Below, piece after piece: positions 38,554 to 47,479 of a stretch of DNA of 57,363 bases. Every line of letters begins with the position of its first letter. Positions within the stretch are counted from its first letter, which is position 1. The position numbers and the translations under genes are program-made. Origin of the DNA: Pedosphaera sp. (lineage in GTDB: Bacteria; Verrucomicrobiota; Verrucomicrobiia; Limisphaerales; SIBH01); the NCBI GenBank assembly GCA_031414955.1, contig JANOQV010000032.1, forward strand, positions 1 through 57,363, given 5' to 3'. The notes under the pieces are model-generated. The model worked only from the letters and a program-made list of their open reading frames with translations, searched no databases and was not told where the DNA came from.

Positions 38554-39717
38554 GTGATCAGACGAACACAGTATCTGGAAACGATTCGGGCGCGGTTGAA
38601 GAGCTTCCCGGTGGTTTCCGTGCTCGGGCCGAGGCAGGTGGGCAAGACGACGCTGGCGCGGGAGGTTGCCGGCGAGCAGCCGAGCCATTTCTTCGACTTG
38701 GAGGATGTGGACGCGCTGGCGCGGCTGGCCGAACCGAAGGTGGCCTTGGAACGATTGGAAGGGTTGGTGGTGCTGGATGAGGTGCAGCGGAAGCCGGAGT
38801 TGTTCGCCTTGCTGCGGGTGCTGGCGGATCGCCAGCCGGTCAAGGCCCGGTTTCTTCTCACGGGCAGCGCGTCTCCCTCGCTAGTGCGCGGGGTGTCGGA
38901 ATCATTGGCCGGCCGGGTGGCGATGGTGGACGTGGCGGGCTTCAATCTACAGGAGGTGGGCGAGAGCGAGTGGCGGAAGTTGTGGTGGCGGGGCGGATTT
39001 CCGCCCGCATTTCTGGCGGACACCGAGGCCGCGAGCCGGCAGTGGCAGGAGGAATTCGTGCGCACCTTGCTGGAACGGGACATGCCGCAATTGGGGATCA
39101 CCGTGGCGTCGTCGGCCTTGCGCCGGTTCTGGACGATGCTGACCCATTACCACGCGCAGATTTGGAAAGGCTCGGAGCTGGCGCGATCGCTCGGAGCCTC
39201 CGAACCCACGATGCGCAAGTATCTCGACCTCCTCAGTTCGACCTTCATGGTGCGGCAATTGGCACCCTGGCATGAGAACGTCGGCAAGCGGCAGGTGAAA
39301 GCGCCGAAGATTTATCTGCGGGATTCGGGACTGCTGCATTGCCTGATGCGGCAAGGGGCCTTCGCCGATCTGGAAGCGCATCCAAAACTGGGAGCCTCGT
39401 GGGAGGGTTTTGCGCTCGAGCAGGTCTTGAGCATCACCGGCGATCGCGACGCCTGGTTCTGGGCCACGCACGGGGGCGCGGAACTGGACTTGCTGGTTCA
39501 TTGGCGCGGTCGGAAATACGGCTTCGAGTTTAAGTATGGGGACGCGCCGTCCATGACCAAGTCCATGCACACGGCCTTGCAGGATTTGAAACCTGATCGG
39601 CTGTTTGTGGTGCATCCGGGCCAGGATTCTTACGTGATGAACGACCGGACGGAAGCGGTGGCCATCACCAACCTGAGCGCGCGGCTCTCGCAACTGGATG
39701 GAGGAGGCGAAGGATGA
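38554..39717 (+). CDS. AAA_14 ATPase with DUF4143-like C-terminus
   Basis: GPRQVGKT, LDEVQ, LTGSAS, ESLAGR, KAPKIYLRDSG and ELDLL...FEFK. Confidence 0.92.
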   Translation: MIRRTQYLETIRARLKSFPVVSVLGPRQVGKTTLAREVAGEQPSHFFDLEDVDALARLAEPKVALERLEGLVVLDEVQRKPELFALLRVLADRQPVKARFLLTGSASPSLVRGVSESLAGRVAMVDVAGFNLQEVGESEWRKLWWRGGFPPAFLADTEAASRQWQEEFVRTLLERDMPQLGITVASSALRRFWTMLTHYHAQIWKGSELARSLGASEPTMRKYLDLLSSTFMVRQLAPWHENVGKRQVKAPKIYLRDSGLLHCLMRQGAFADLEAHPKLGASWEGFALEQVLSITGDRDAWFWATHGGAELDLLVHWRGRKYGFEFKYGDAPSMTKSMHTALQDLKPDRLFVVHPGQDSYVMNDRTEAVAITNLSARLSQLDGGGEG

Positions 39718-39937
39718 AGATCAGGGAATCACTCCCGAACCGACCTCAAGTATCGACTGCCAGGCAGGTGTTGCCGGGCTTTGGCCTTTCTGCTTTTCGC
39801 TTTCGCAGTTTCTGCTTTTTCAAGTCGTAGGGCGACGTCACTTCGCGCGCGCCGTCCCGGGTTCAAAGTTCAAGGTTGGGAGTTGGGAGATGGGAGTTGA
39901 ACTGCCCACCGACGCACCGCCCACTGATTTCCGCTTT

Positions 39938-40525
39938 ATGCTTCCGCCATTTCAGCTTTTGAAAAAGCGCCGCCGGGCCTTGCAAACGCTGGCACTCATG
40001 GGCGTTCTCGCCATCGTGCTGCTCGCCTTCCCGCAGTTTTTCCTGCGTGTCAGCCATGAGCCGCGTTCGTGCGACGCCATCGTGTTGCTCGGCGGTGCTC
40101 CAGGCGAACGTGATCCGGTGGCGGCGGACCTTTATCGGCGCGGATTCAGCCAGCTCATCGTCATCACCGGTCGGGGAGATTGCCTCGACAACGCCCGGCT
40201 GCTGGCCGCGCGGGGCGTGCCGACGAACGCCCTGCTCATCGACTGCGACGCGCGCACCACGCAGGAGAACGCCGAAGCCGTCTCGCTCCTGTTGCGCGGG
40301 CGCGGCGTGACTAACGTGATCCTTGTGACTTCCTGGTTTCACTCGCGCCGGTCGCTGGCCACCTTCCGGCGCTTCGCCCCGGAGCTGCGGGCGCGCTGCG
40401 TGGTGAGCGAGCCGCGCCACGCCTTGCGGAATCAACTGCCCTTTGTCGCCGCCGAGTATCTCAAGACGGTCGTTTACGCGCTTCGCTGGGGCGTCTGGCC
40501 GTGGGCCTTGCCCGCTGAATTTTGA
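39938..40525 (+). CDS. YdcF/ElyC (DUF218) family protein
   Basis: DAIVLLGG, TTQENA and LVTSWFHSRR, with an N-terminal TM. Confidence 0.88.
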   Translation: MLPPFQLLKKRRRALQTLALMGVLAIVLLAFPQFFLRVSHEPRSCDAIVLLGGAPGERDPVAADLYRRGFSQLIVITGRGDCLDNARLLAARGVPTNALLIDCDARTTQENAEAVSLLLRGRGVTNVILVTSWFHSRRSLATFRRFAPELRARCVVSEPRHALRNQLPFVAAEYLKTVVYALRWGVWPWALPAEF

Positions 40526-40583
40526 TGAGCCGGGTGTTTGACACCGCCCACCGACGCACTGATTACTGACCACTGACGCACTG

Positions 40584-42344
40584 ATGTCCCTCTCCGCACT
40601 CCGCGTTCCGCGCTCCGCACTCCTGGCCTTGCTGGTGCTCGCCTACCTGTGGCTGCGCCTGCTCAATCACCTGCGTGTCGAGTGGACTGTGAACGAGCAA
40701 TACGCCTACGGCTGGGCCGTGCCGTTCCTGTGCGGGTATCTGCTCTGGCGGCAGTGGCGCGGAGTCGGTGTGGCTGCTTCTCCCTCTCCCCTCAACGGGG
40801 AGAGGGCCGGGGTGAGGGGTGGGATGGAAGAGGCGCATTCGCAAGCAAGAGAGTCTCGGAACATTCCCACCCCTCACCCTCAATCCCTCTCCCCGTTGAG
40901 GGGAGAGGGAAGTCGGACACCCACGGCGATGATTGTTTTGACCCTCGCCTTCCTCTTCACCCGCTGGATCGAGGAGGCGAACCCGGACTGGCGGTTGGTG
41001 AGCTGGGCGCTGGCGCTGGAGGTGATCGCGTTCACGCTGGTCGCGATTCATGCCGTCGGCGGCGCGGCGCGGCTCCGGCAACTGGCCTTCCCGATATTGT
41101 TCTTCCTCGTGGCGGTGCCGTGGCCCACATCGGTCGAGCAGTCGGTCATTCAGGTTCTCACCCGTTCGATCGTCACGGTGACGGTGGAAATCCTGCACGC
41201 GTGCGGCGTGGCCGCGGTGCCGCACGGCAACGTGATCGAGACGGCCGGCGGGCTGGTGGACATCGACGAGGCGTGCAGCGGCATCCGTTCGCTCCAGGCC
41301 GTGCTCATGCTGGCGCTCTTCTTCGGCGAGCTGCGGCGATTCAAGCCGGCCCGGCGCGTGAGTCTCTGCCTGAGCGCGTTCGCCCTGGCTTGCCTCTTCA
41401 ACCTCGCGCGCACCGTCACCCTTTCGCTGGTCGCCGCCGCGCGCGGTGCGGACGCAGTTCACGCATGGCATGACCCGGCGGGCATCGCCATTCTGGTCGG
41501 ATGCTTCATCGGGGTGTGGGCGGTGGCCGCGTGGATGGGGCAAAGGAATTCAACGCCGAGACGCAGCAACGTGGAGACGCAAGACGATCCTCCCTCTCCG
41601 CCTCGACCGGGGAGAGGGATGGAGGGTGAGGTGTCGCATTCAGGTGACTCTCCGCTTTCTGTTTTCAGCTTTCGTAATTTCAGCTTTGGACAGTCGCTCG
41701 TGCTGGCCCTCCTGCTCCTCGCCGGCGAAGTGGCGGTGCAACTCTGGTACGCCAGCGCGCCGCGCGCCGTCACGGCGGACTGGCGGGTGGAGATGCCGCG
41801 AGCGAATCCATCCTTCAAGCAAGCCGAGCTGCCCAAGACGGCGGTGAAGCTGCTGCGCTTCAACGAGGCGCAATCAGGTGCCTGGCAGAATGCGGACGGG
41901 ACGCGCTGGCAGATGATTTATCTGCGCTGGAATCCGGGGCGGACCGCCGTGCATCTGGCCCGCAGCCACACGCCGGAAACCTGCCTGCCCGCCGCTGGAC
42001 GGCATCCGCGCAGCATCACTGAGATCAGCCCGATTCCGGCCGGGCCGGTCCAGATGCCGTTCCGTTGTTTCACGACCGGTTCCGAGAGCCAGCCGCTCTT
42101 TGTCTTTTACTCGCTGTGGGAGGACGGCGCGCCCCGGCCCAGTCTGGCCAAGCAACAGCTCACCTGGCGCACGCGCTTCGAGGCGGCGCTGGAACGCCGG
42201 CGCAATCCCGGCCAGCGCGTCCTCCAGTTCGGAGTCTGGGGCGCGCGCGACGCCGTCCACGCCGAGGAACTGCTCCGCGCGGAACTGCCGACGCTCATTG
42301 CAAAAGCAGAAAGCGGAAATGGCGAAGGCAGAAAACTGAAATGA
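40584..42344 (+). CDS. Exosortase with EpsI-like C-terminal domain and two repeat-derived insertions
   Basis: QYAYGWAVP, DEACSGIRSL (catalytic Cys), FNLAR and WHD, plus a C-terminal HTPETCLPAAG. Confidence 0.88.
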   Translation: MSLSALRVPRSALLALLVLAYLWLRLLNHLRVEWTVNEQYAYGWAVPFLCGYLLWRQWRGVGVAASPSPLNGERAGVRGGMEEAHSQARESRNIPTPHPQSLSPLRGEGSRTPTAMIVLTLAFLFTRWIEEANPDWRLVSWALALEVIAFTLVAIHAVGGAARLRQLAFPILFFLVAVPWPTSVEQSVIQVLTRSIVTVTVEILHACGVAAVPHGNVIETAGGLVDIDEACSGIRSLQAVLMLALFFGELRRFKPARRVSLCLSAFALACLFNLARTVTLSLVAAARGADAVHAWHDPAGIAILVGCFIGVWAVAAWMGQRNSTPRRSNVETQDDPPSPPRPGRGMEGEVSHSGDSPLSVFSFRNFSFGQSLVLALLLLAGEVAVQLWYASAPRAVTADWRVEMPRANPSFKQAELPKTAVKLLRFNEAQSGAWQNADGTRWQMIYLRWNPGRTAVHLARSHTPETCLPAAGRHPRSITEISPIPAGPVQMPFRCFTTGSESQPLFVFYSLWEDGAPRPSLAKQQLTWRTRFEAALERRRNPGQRVLQFGVWGARDAVHAEELLRAELPTLIAKAESGNGEGRKLK

Positions 42345-42489
42345 AAGGTCGGCCAGATTTTTCAATTTCTGCTTTCGTGATCTCTGCTTTTCAGAAAGTC
42401 CCGTGGTCTTGCAGTCACGTTGTCCCGCTGTTCCGCCCACCGTCCACCGCCGCGCCGATTTCAGCTTTCCGCTTTCGCCATTTTCGATT

Positions 42490-43713
42490 TTGAAAGTCCT
42501 CTTCATCAACCGCGTGTTCCCGCCCGGTGACGGCGCGACCGGACAGTTGCTGGCCGAGCTGGGCGAGGAACTGGTGCGCCAGGGCTGGACTGTGACCGTG
42601 CTCGCGGCGGGCGGAACTGGGGAACGTCGAACCTCGAAAATGGAACCGTCGGCTGACGACGGGCGACCCGAAACTCGAAACCCGAAACCCGAAACGAAGC
42701 TACGCGTCGAGCGCGTGCGCGGCCTGCCCTTCACCCGCGCCTCGTTGCTACGCCGCGCGTTGAGCTACGCGTCGCTTTACCCCGCGTTGCTCTGGCGCGC
42801 GCTGCGGCTGCCGCGCCACGACGTGGTGGTGACGCTGACTGATCCGCCATTGCTGCTCGTGCTCGGGCCTTGGCTGAAATGGTTCAAGGGCGCGCGGCTC
42901 GTGCACTGGGCGCAGGATGTGTATCCCGAGGTCGCGGAGGAACTCGGGGTGTTGCGCCAAGGCGGCGTGGGCGCGGGCGTGCTGCGATTCATTTCGACCT
43001 GGTCCCTGCGCCGGCACGATCACGTCATCGCGGTGGGGCGTTGCATGAAGACGCGACTCGTGGCCCGTGGCCGCGACGAGCACAAAATTACCGTCATCCC
43101 CAACTGGGCCGTCGGCTTGTCCGCCTCTCAACCCTCAACCCTCAACCCTCAACCTCACTTCACTGTGATGTACTCCGGCAACTTCGGCCTGGCCCATCCA
43201 TTCGAGTCGATCATTGAGGCAGTGAAGTTGCTGGACGGTCAGGGTGCGGCGGTGCGCTTTGTCTTCGCCGGCACGGGGCCGAAATTCACCCAGGTGCGCG
43301 AACAACTGGCCGGCTGCCGCCACACGGAGTTTCGTGGTCATGCTCCCATGAATGAGCTGGCCTCCAGCCTGGCTTCGGCGGACGCACACCTTGCCTGCAT
43401 GAACGAGGAACTGCTTGGTCTGGTGGTGCCGAGCAAAATTTACGGAGCCGTGGCGGCGGGCCGGCCCTGCCTTTTCCTTGGCCCGGCTGGCAGCGAAGCG
43501 GCGCAATGGATCAGCAGTCACGGCTGCGGTCTCGTGCTCCCGGCGCGGAACAGTGGACGCGCCCTGGCTGAGGCCATCCTGCTCTGGAGCCAGCACGGCG
43601 AGGATTACCAGCGCGTCCGCCGGCAGAGCGAACTGCTCGCGGCCGAGGCCGGACGCGTGCCTGTTGATGAATTTCTCGCCGTGCTCCCCCCGCAGTGTCA
43701 GCAATCAGCATAG
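42490..43713 (+). CDS. GT4 glycosyltransferase (WcaI-like)
   Basis: KVLFINRVFPP..GATGQL, TDPP, QDVYPE, YSGNFG and VPSKIY; TTG start. Confidence 0.9.
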   Translation: MKVLFINRVFPPGDGATGQLLAELGEELVRQGWTVTVLAAGGTGERRTSKMEPSADDGRPETRNPKPETKLRVERVRGLPFTRASLLRRALSYASLYPALLWRALRLPRHDVVVTLTDPPLLLVLGPWLKWFKGARLVHWAQDVYPEVAEELGVLRQGGVGAGVLRFISTWSLRRHDHVIAVGRCMKTRLVARGRDEHKITVIPNWAVGLSASQPSTLNPQPHFTVMYSGNFGLAHPFESIIEAVKLLDGQGAAVRFVFAGTGPKFTQVREQLAGCRHTEFRGHAPMNELASSLASADAHLACMNEELLGLVVPSKIYGAVAAGRPCLFLGPAGSEAAQWISSHGCGLVLPARNSGRALAEAILLWSQHGEDYQRVRRQSELLAAEAGRVPVDEFLAVLPPQCQQSA

Positions 43714-43785
43714 TTACCATGACACCGACCGTCTCACCGATCCGATTCACACCGTCCACCGCCCACCGTCCACCGACGCACCGAC

Positions 43786-44574
43786 TCACTTCCCCTCGCG
43801 CAAGGCGAGAATGGCCAGGCAACTGGTCTCGACGTTCGCCAGGCCCAGCGGCTTGAGCGCCGCGTCGTAGTCGGTAATCCACCCACCCTCTTTGTTCTGC
43901 AAGGCCAGCAGGCGCGCCCTCACCTCCGCCGCATTCTCCGGCGACAGCCGCAATTCCTTCGCGGCGATCAAATACAGCGCCAGCTTGTAGGTCGCGTAGA
44001 GCTGGTGCTTCTTCGTGACCTGATCCGCCAACCCCTTCCCGTCCCACATCGCCGTCGCTTGATCGAATGAGCGCCGGGCCGCCGTCTTGTCACTGCGGCT
44101 CTGCGCCACAGCCGCGAGCAGCAGCAGGTCGGCGTAATTCTCCCAGTCCTTCGTGACCTTCTCCGTGACGATCTCGGTGCGCACAGTTTTGCCGCCGGTG
44201 GTGACCACGTTGGCCAGCAGGTAGGCGCGAAAGGGCAGGGCGTGGGGCGCTTCGTGAAACAGGATTTCAATCTTGCCCGAGTTGGTGAAGCCATGCCGGA
44301 CGAGAGACGCGCGGATGAGGCGCGACAGATCGGGCCGCGTGGAGTTGAGGACTTTGGCCGCGAGATAATTGTCGTGGAACAGCCAGTAGGTGCGGCTGCC
44401 GCGATATTCGGGGAGCAGCTTCAACTCGGCATCGAAGAGCCCGGCGAGGAATTTTCCCCCGCGCTCCACGGCGGCCTTGGCGGAGCCGGCGGACGGCAAT
44501 GGTTCCGCGGCCCAGGTGCTGGCGGCCAGCCAGGCAAACAGGACCATGATTCGCAACGCCGGATGATGATTCAT
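43786..44574 (-). CDS. Secreted hypothetical protein (alpha-helical toroid-like)
   Basis: Signal peptide and LLALQNKEGGW repeat-like motif. Confidence 0.75.
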   Translation of the reverse strand: MNHHPALRIMVLFAWLAASTWAAEPLPSAGSAKAAVERGGKFLAGLFDAELKLLPEYRGSRTYWLFHDNYLAAKVLNSTRPDLSRLIRASLVRHGFTNSGKIEILFHEAPHALPFRAYLLANVVTTGGKTVRTEIVTEKVTKDWENYADLLLLAAVAQSRSDKTAARRSFDQATAMWDGKGLADQVTKKHQLYATYKLALYLIAAKELRLSPENAAEVRARLLALQNKEGGWITDYDAALKPLGLANVETSCLAILALREGK

Positions 44575-44680
44575 GCCCGCGAGTCAAACAAGGTGCCGGC
44601 CCTTTGTCAGCCGTTGCTTCCGGGGGTCGCCTTTGGCCGTGACTTGGCCGGCGCGCACTGCTTAGCCTCGCCGCACGCCT

Positions 44681-45613
44681 ATGAAAATCATCGCCCAGCT
44701 TTTACCCGCAACGCTCGCCACGATGCTCCTCGCGGCCGGAGCCGAACCGTTCGCCATCAAAGTTCCGTCCGAGTTCGCCAAGTGTGTGGCCGCCGACGCC
44801 GTAGTGAAGAAACTCGCCGGTGACATGGGCTTCACCGAAGGGCCGACGTGGCATCCCGGCGGGTTTCTCATTTTCAGCGACATCCCCAACAACGAATTGA
44901 AGAAGTGGACCAAGGCGGAGGGCGTGACGACCTTCCGCAAGCCGAGCGCGAACATCAATGGCAACACCATCGACCTCCAGAGCCGGTTGATGAGTGCCGA
45001 GCACAGTGGCCGGCGCATTTCCGTCACGGAAAAGGATGGCACGGTGAAGGCGCTCGTCACGGTGTTCGAGGGCAAGAAGTTTAACTCGCCGAACGACGTG
45101 GTGGTGAAGTCCGACGGCACGGTGTGGTTCACCGATCCGCCGTATGGTCTGCCCAAGGGCGAAACCAAAGAGCAGGAGGGCAACTTCGTCTTCCGCTTCG
45201 ATCCCAAGACGCAGAAGACCACGATCGTGGCCCGGGACTTCGACATGCCCAACGGGCTGGTCTTCTCGCCGGACGAGAAGAAGCTCTACATCGCGGACTC
45301 AGGCCGGCCCAAGCACATCCGCGTCTTCGACGTGGGTGAAGGCGGCGGTACGCGCAGCAGCGGCGTGTTCTGCACCATCGACAAGGGCGGCCCGGACGGG
45401 ATTCGCTGCGACGCGGACGGCCGCGTCTGGTCCAGCGCAGGGGATGGCGTGCATATCTTCGCGCCGGACGGCTCGCTCATCGGAAAGATTTTCACGCCCG
45501 AAGCGCCGGCAAACCTCGGCTTCGGTGGTCCGGACGGGAAGACGTTGTTCATCACCGCACGCAAGAGCCTCTACTCGATCCCGGTGCTGGTCGGGGCACC
45601 GCCGAGGAAGTAA
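44681..45613 (+). CDS. SMP-30/gluconolactonase family protein
   Basis: FTEGP, NSPND, FTDPPYG, MPNGL and PDGIRCD. Confidence 0.93.
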   Translation: MKIIAQLLPATLATMLLAAGAEPFAIKVPSEFAKCVAADAVVKKLAGDMGFTEGPTWHPGGFLIFSDIPNNELKKWTKAEGVTTFRKPSANINGNTIDLQSRLMSAEHSGRRISVTEKDGTVKALVTVFEGKKFNSPNDVVVKSDGTVWFTDPPYGLPKGETKEQEGNFVFRFDPKTQKTTIVARDFDMPNGLVFSPDEKKLYIADSGRPKHIRVFDVGEGGGTRSSGVFCTIDKGGPDGIRCDADGRVWSSAGDGVHIFAPDGSLIGKIFTPEAPANLGFGGPDGKTLFITARKSLYSIPVLVGAPPRK

Positions 45614-45637
45614 GCCCGTCGCACGCTGAAGCCGCGC

Positions 45638-46405
45638 TCAGAGCAGCGTCGCCGACTCCGTGTCGAGCAGTAGCACCGCCTGCTTCTGCGTGCGGAGATA
45701 GGACGCCGGGCAACTGGTGCTCACCGCTTCGCGCAGCGCGTCATGCACGGCCTTCGCCTTGCGCTTCTCGGGTGAGATGCAGACCATTTTCCGCACCGCG
45801 CAGAGAGTGGGAATGGTGAGGGTGTAGGCGTAGCGCGGCATCTGTTCCACGCTGGGGAAGTGGCCTTCGTCCACCTGCTGCTGCCGGCACTTCAAGTCGA
45901 GGCTGACCAGCTTGACCGACCACGGGTCATCGAACTCCGCCACATGCGGATCGTTGAAGGCGATGTGGCCGTTCTCACCGATGCCGAGGCAGCAAAGATC
46001 GATTTCCTGCGACTGCAAAAGGTCGGCGTAGCGCGTGCATTCGGTGAGCGGTTGGTCGGCGTCGCCTTCGAGGTAATGAAACGCCTTGGGCTTGATCCGG
46101 CTCTCCACGCGCTCGCGCATGTAACGGCGGAAGCTCGCCTGGTGGCTGGCGTCAATGCCCAGGTACTCGTCCATGTGGAAGAGCGTGACCTTGGACCAGT
46201 CCACGCCGCCCAGCTTGATCAGCTCGTCGAGAAAGCGGATCTGGGAATTGCCCGTGGCCATGATGGCGAAAGCTTCGCCCCGCGCCGCGATACACTCGGA
46301 CAGAAAGATCTGCACCATCTGGGCCGCATCGGCGGCCAGGTCGGCCTGCGTCGCGTAAACGCGCACCGGCAGTTCGTCCACCTGAAAAGTTTTGATCGGA
46401 TTCAA
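45638..46405 (-). CDS. Glucosamine-6-phosphate deaminase-like (NagB/6PGL family)
   Basis: ATGNSQ, FHMDEY, LGIGENGHIAFNDP and CPASYL; TTG start. Confidence 0.88.
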   Translation of the reverse strand: MNPIKTFQVDELPVRVYATQADLAADAAQMVQIFLSECIAARGEAFAIMATGNSQIRFLDELIKLGGVDWSKVTLFHMDEYLGIDASHQASFRRYMRERVESRIKPKAFHYLEGDADQPLTECTRYADLLQSQEIDLCCLGIGENGHIAFNDPHVAEFDDPWSVKLVSLDLKCRQQQVDEGHFPSVEQMPRYAYTLTIPTLCAVRKMVCISPEKRKAKAVHDALREAVSTSCPASYLRTQKQAVLLLDTESATLL

Positions 46406-46467
46406 GGGGCGGAATTTCCCTGCAAGCGCTGGGCGAACTCAAGCAACTTTTCGGGCCTCTGGCACCG

Positions 46468-47397
46468 TCAGCGCCGGTCTTCCTTGAAACGGAAGGGTGC
46501 TTTCCCCGTGAGGTCTGAACTGGTGAACGTCGGGCACCAATACTTCTCCACATGGGCGATGACGAGATCGGTGCCGGTGAAATGATCGACCTTCGGCGCC
46601 TTGTCGGGATTGTACATCGTGTCCGTCAGGTCGCGCATGAGCGCCACGTTCTTACCCACGTTGACCATCTGGCGGATGCCGAAGGGCCGGCCCAGCACGC
46701 ACATGTTCAGGTGCACGCCGGTGAGGATGACATTCTCGATGCCGCGTTGTTGAAGCAGGTTCCAAGTCTCCTGCCCGTTGTCGGTCAGCGCGTCGCCCGG
46801 CAGCATCTCGATGCTGGAAATCTGCCGCGTCCACGCCTCACGGATGGTGCATTTGGTCCCGGCGCAGGAGCAGCCCATGTCGGAATCATCGATCGGCATG
46901 ACCGGTTCGCGCTTGGGATCGGGCCAGCACCACATCGTGCCCCAGCGCTCGCTGGTTGAAAGCGGCACGCGGCTGCGGACGAACGGCGCGGCCTGGGCGA
47001 GCTTTCGCTGCGGCGTGTTGGTGTAGAAGCCCGTCACGCTGCTCGGCCCGTGGATGATGAGCATCCCCTTCGCCCGTGCCTGCTTCACCACTGCGTTCAA
47101 CGGCCCGGCCATCTCGCCCACGCGGCGCGCGGCGGACTTGCACCAATGATCGTCCCACATGTCGCAGACGACCAGCGCGGTTTTCTTCGCGTCCCAGGTG
47201 GCCTCCTTCTCCGCCACGTCGAAACGGTTCGTATCGGCCTTTGAGGCCACGCGTGAACGCAGGTTGAGAGCGAGCGTGGATTCGGCGGCGCGAACTTGCA
47301 TCGGTGCCAACGAAAGAACAAAGAGCAGCGCGAGGCAAGCTGACGCCGAGAGACGTTGCGGATGATGGCATCGGGTAGAGGCCCAGGGAAAGTGCAT
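46468..47397 (-). CDS. Secreted isochorismatase-family cysteine hydrolase
   Basis: VVCDMWD and GVHLNMCVL, with a signal peptide. Confidence 0.8.
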   Translation of the reverse strand: MHFPWASTRCHHPQRLSASACLALLFVLSLAPMQVRAAESTLALNLRSRVASKADTNRFDVAEKEATWDAKKTALVVCDMWDDHWCKSAARRVGEMAGPLNAVVKQARAKGMLIIHGPSSVTGFYTNTPQRKLAQAAPFVRSRVPLSTSERWGTMWCWPDPKREPVMPIDDSDMGCSCAGTKCTIREAWTRQISSIEMLPGDALTDNGQETWNLLQQRGIENVILTGVHLNMCVLGRPFGIRQMVNVGKNVALMRDLTDTMYNPDKAPKVDHFTGTDLVIAHVEKYWCPTFTSSDLTGKAPFRFKEDRR

Positions 47398-47479
47398 GGC
47401 TTATTCTAGCGCAGGTCACGGTCGTCGCGCAAAGCTGAATTGGCTTCGTCCCTCCAAACGGTTGGGGTCTTCACCCCCC

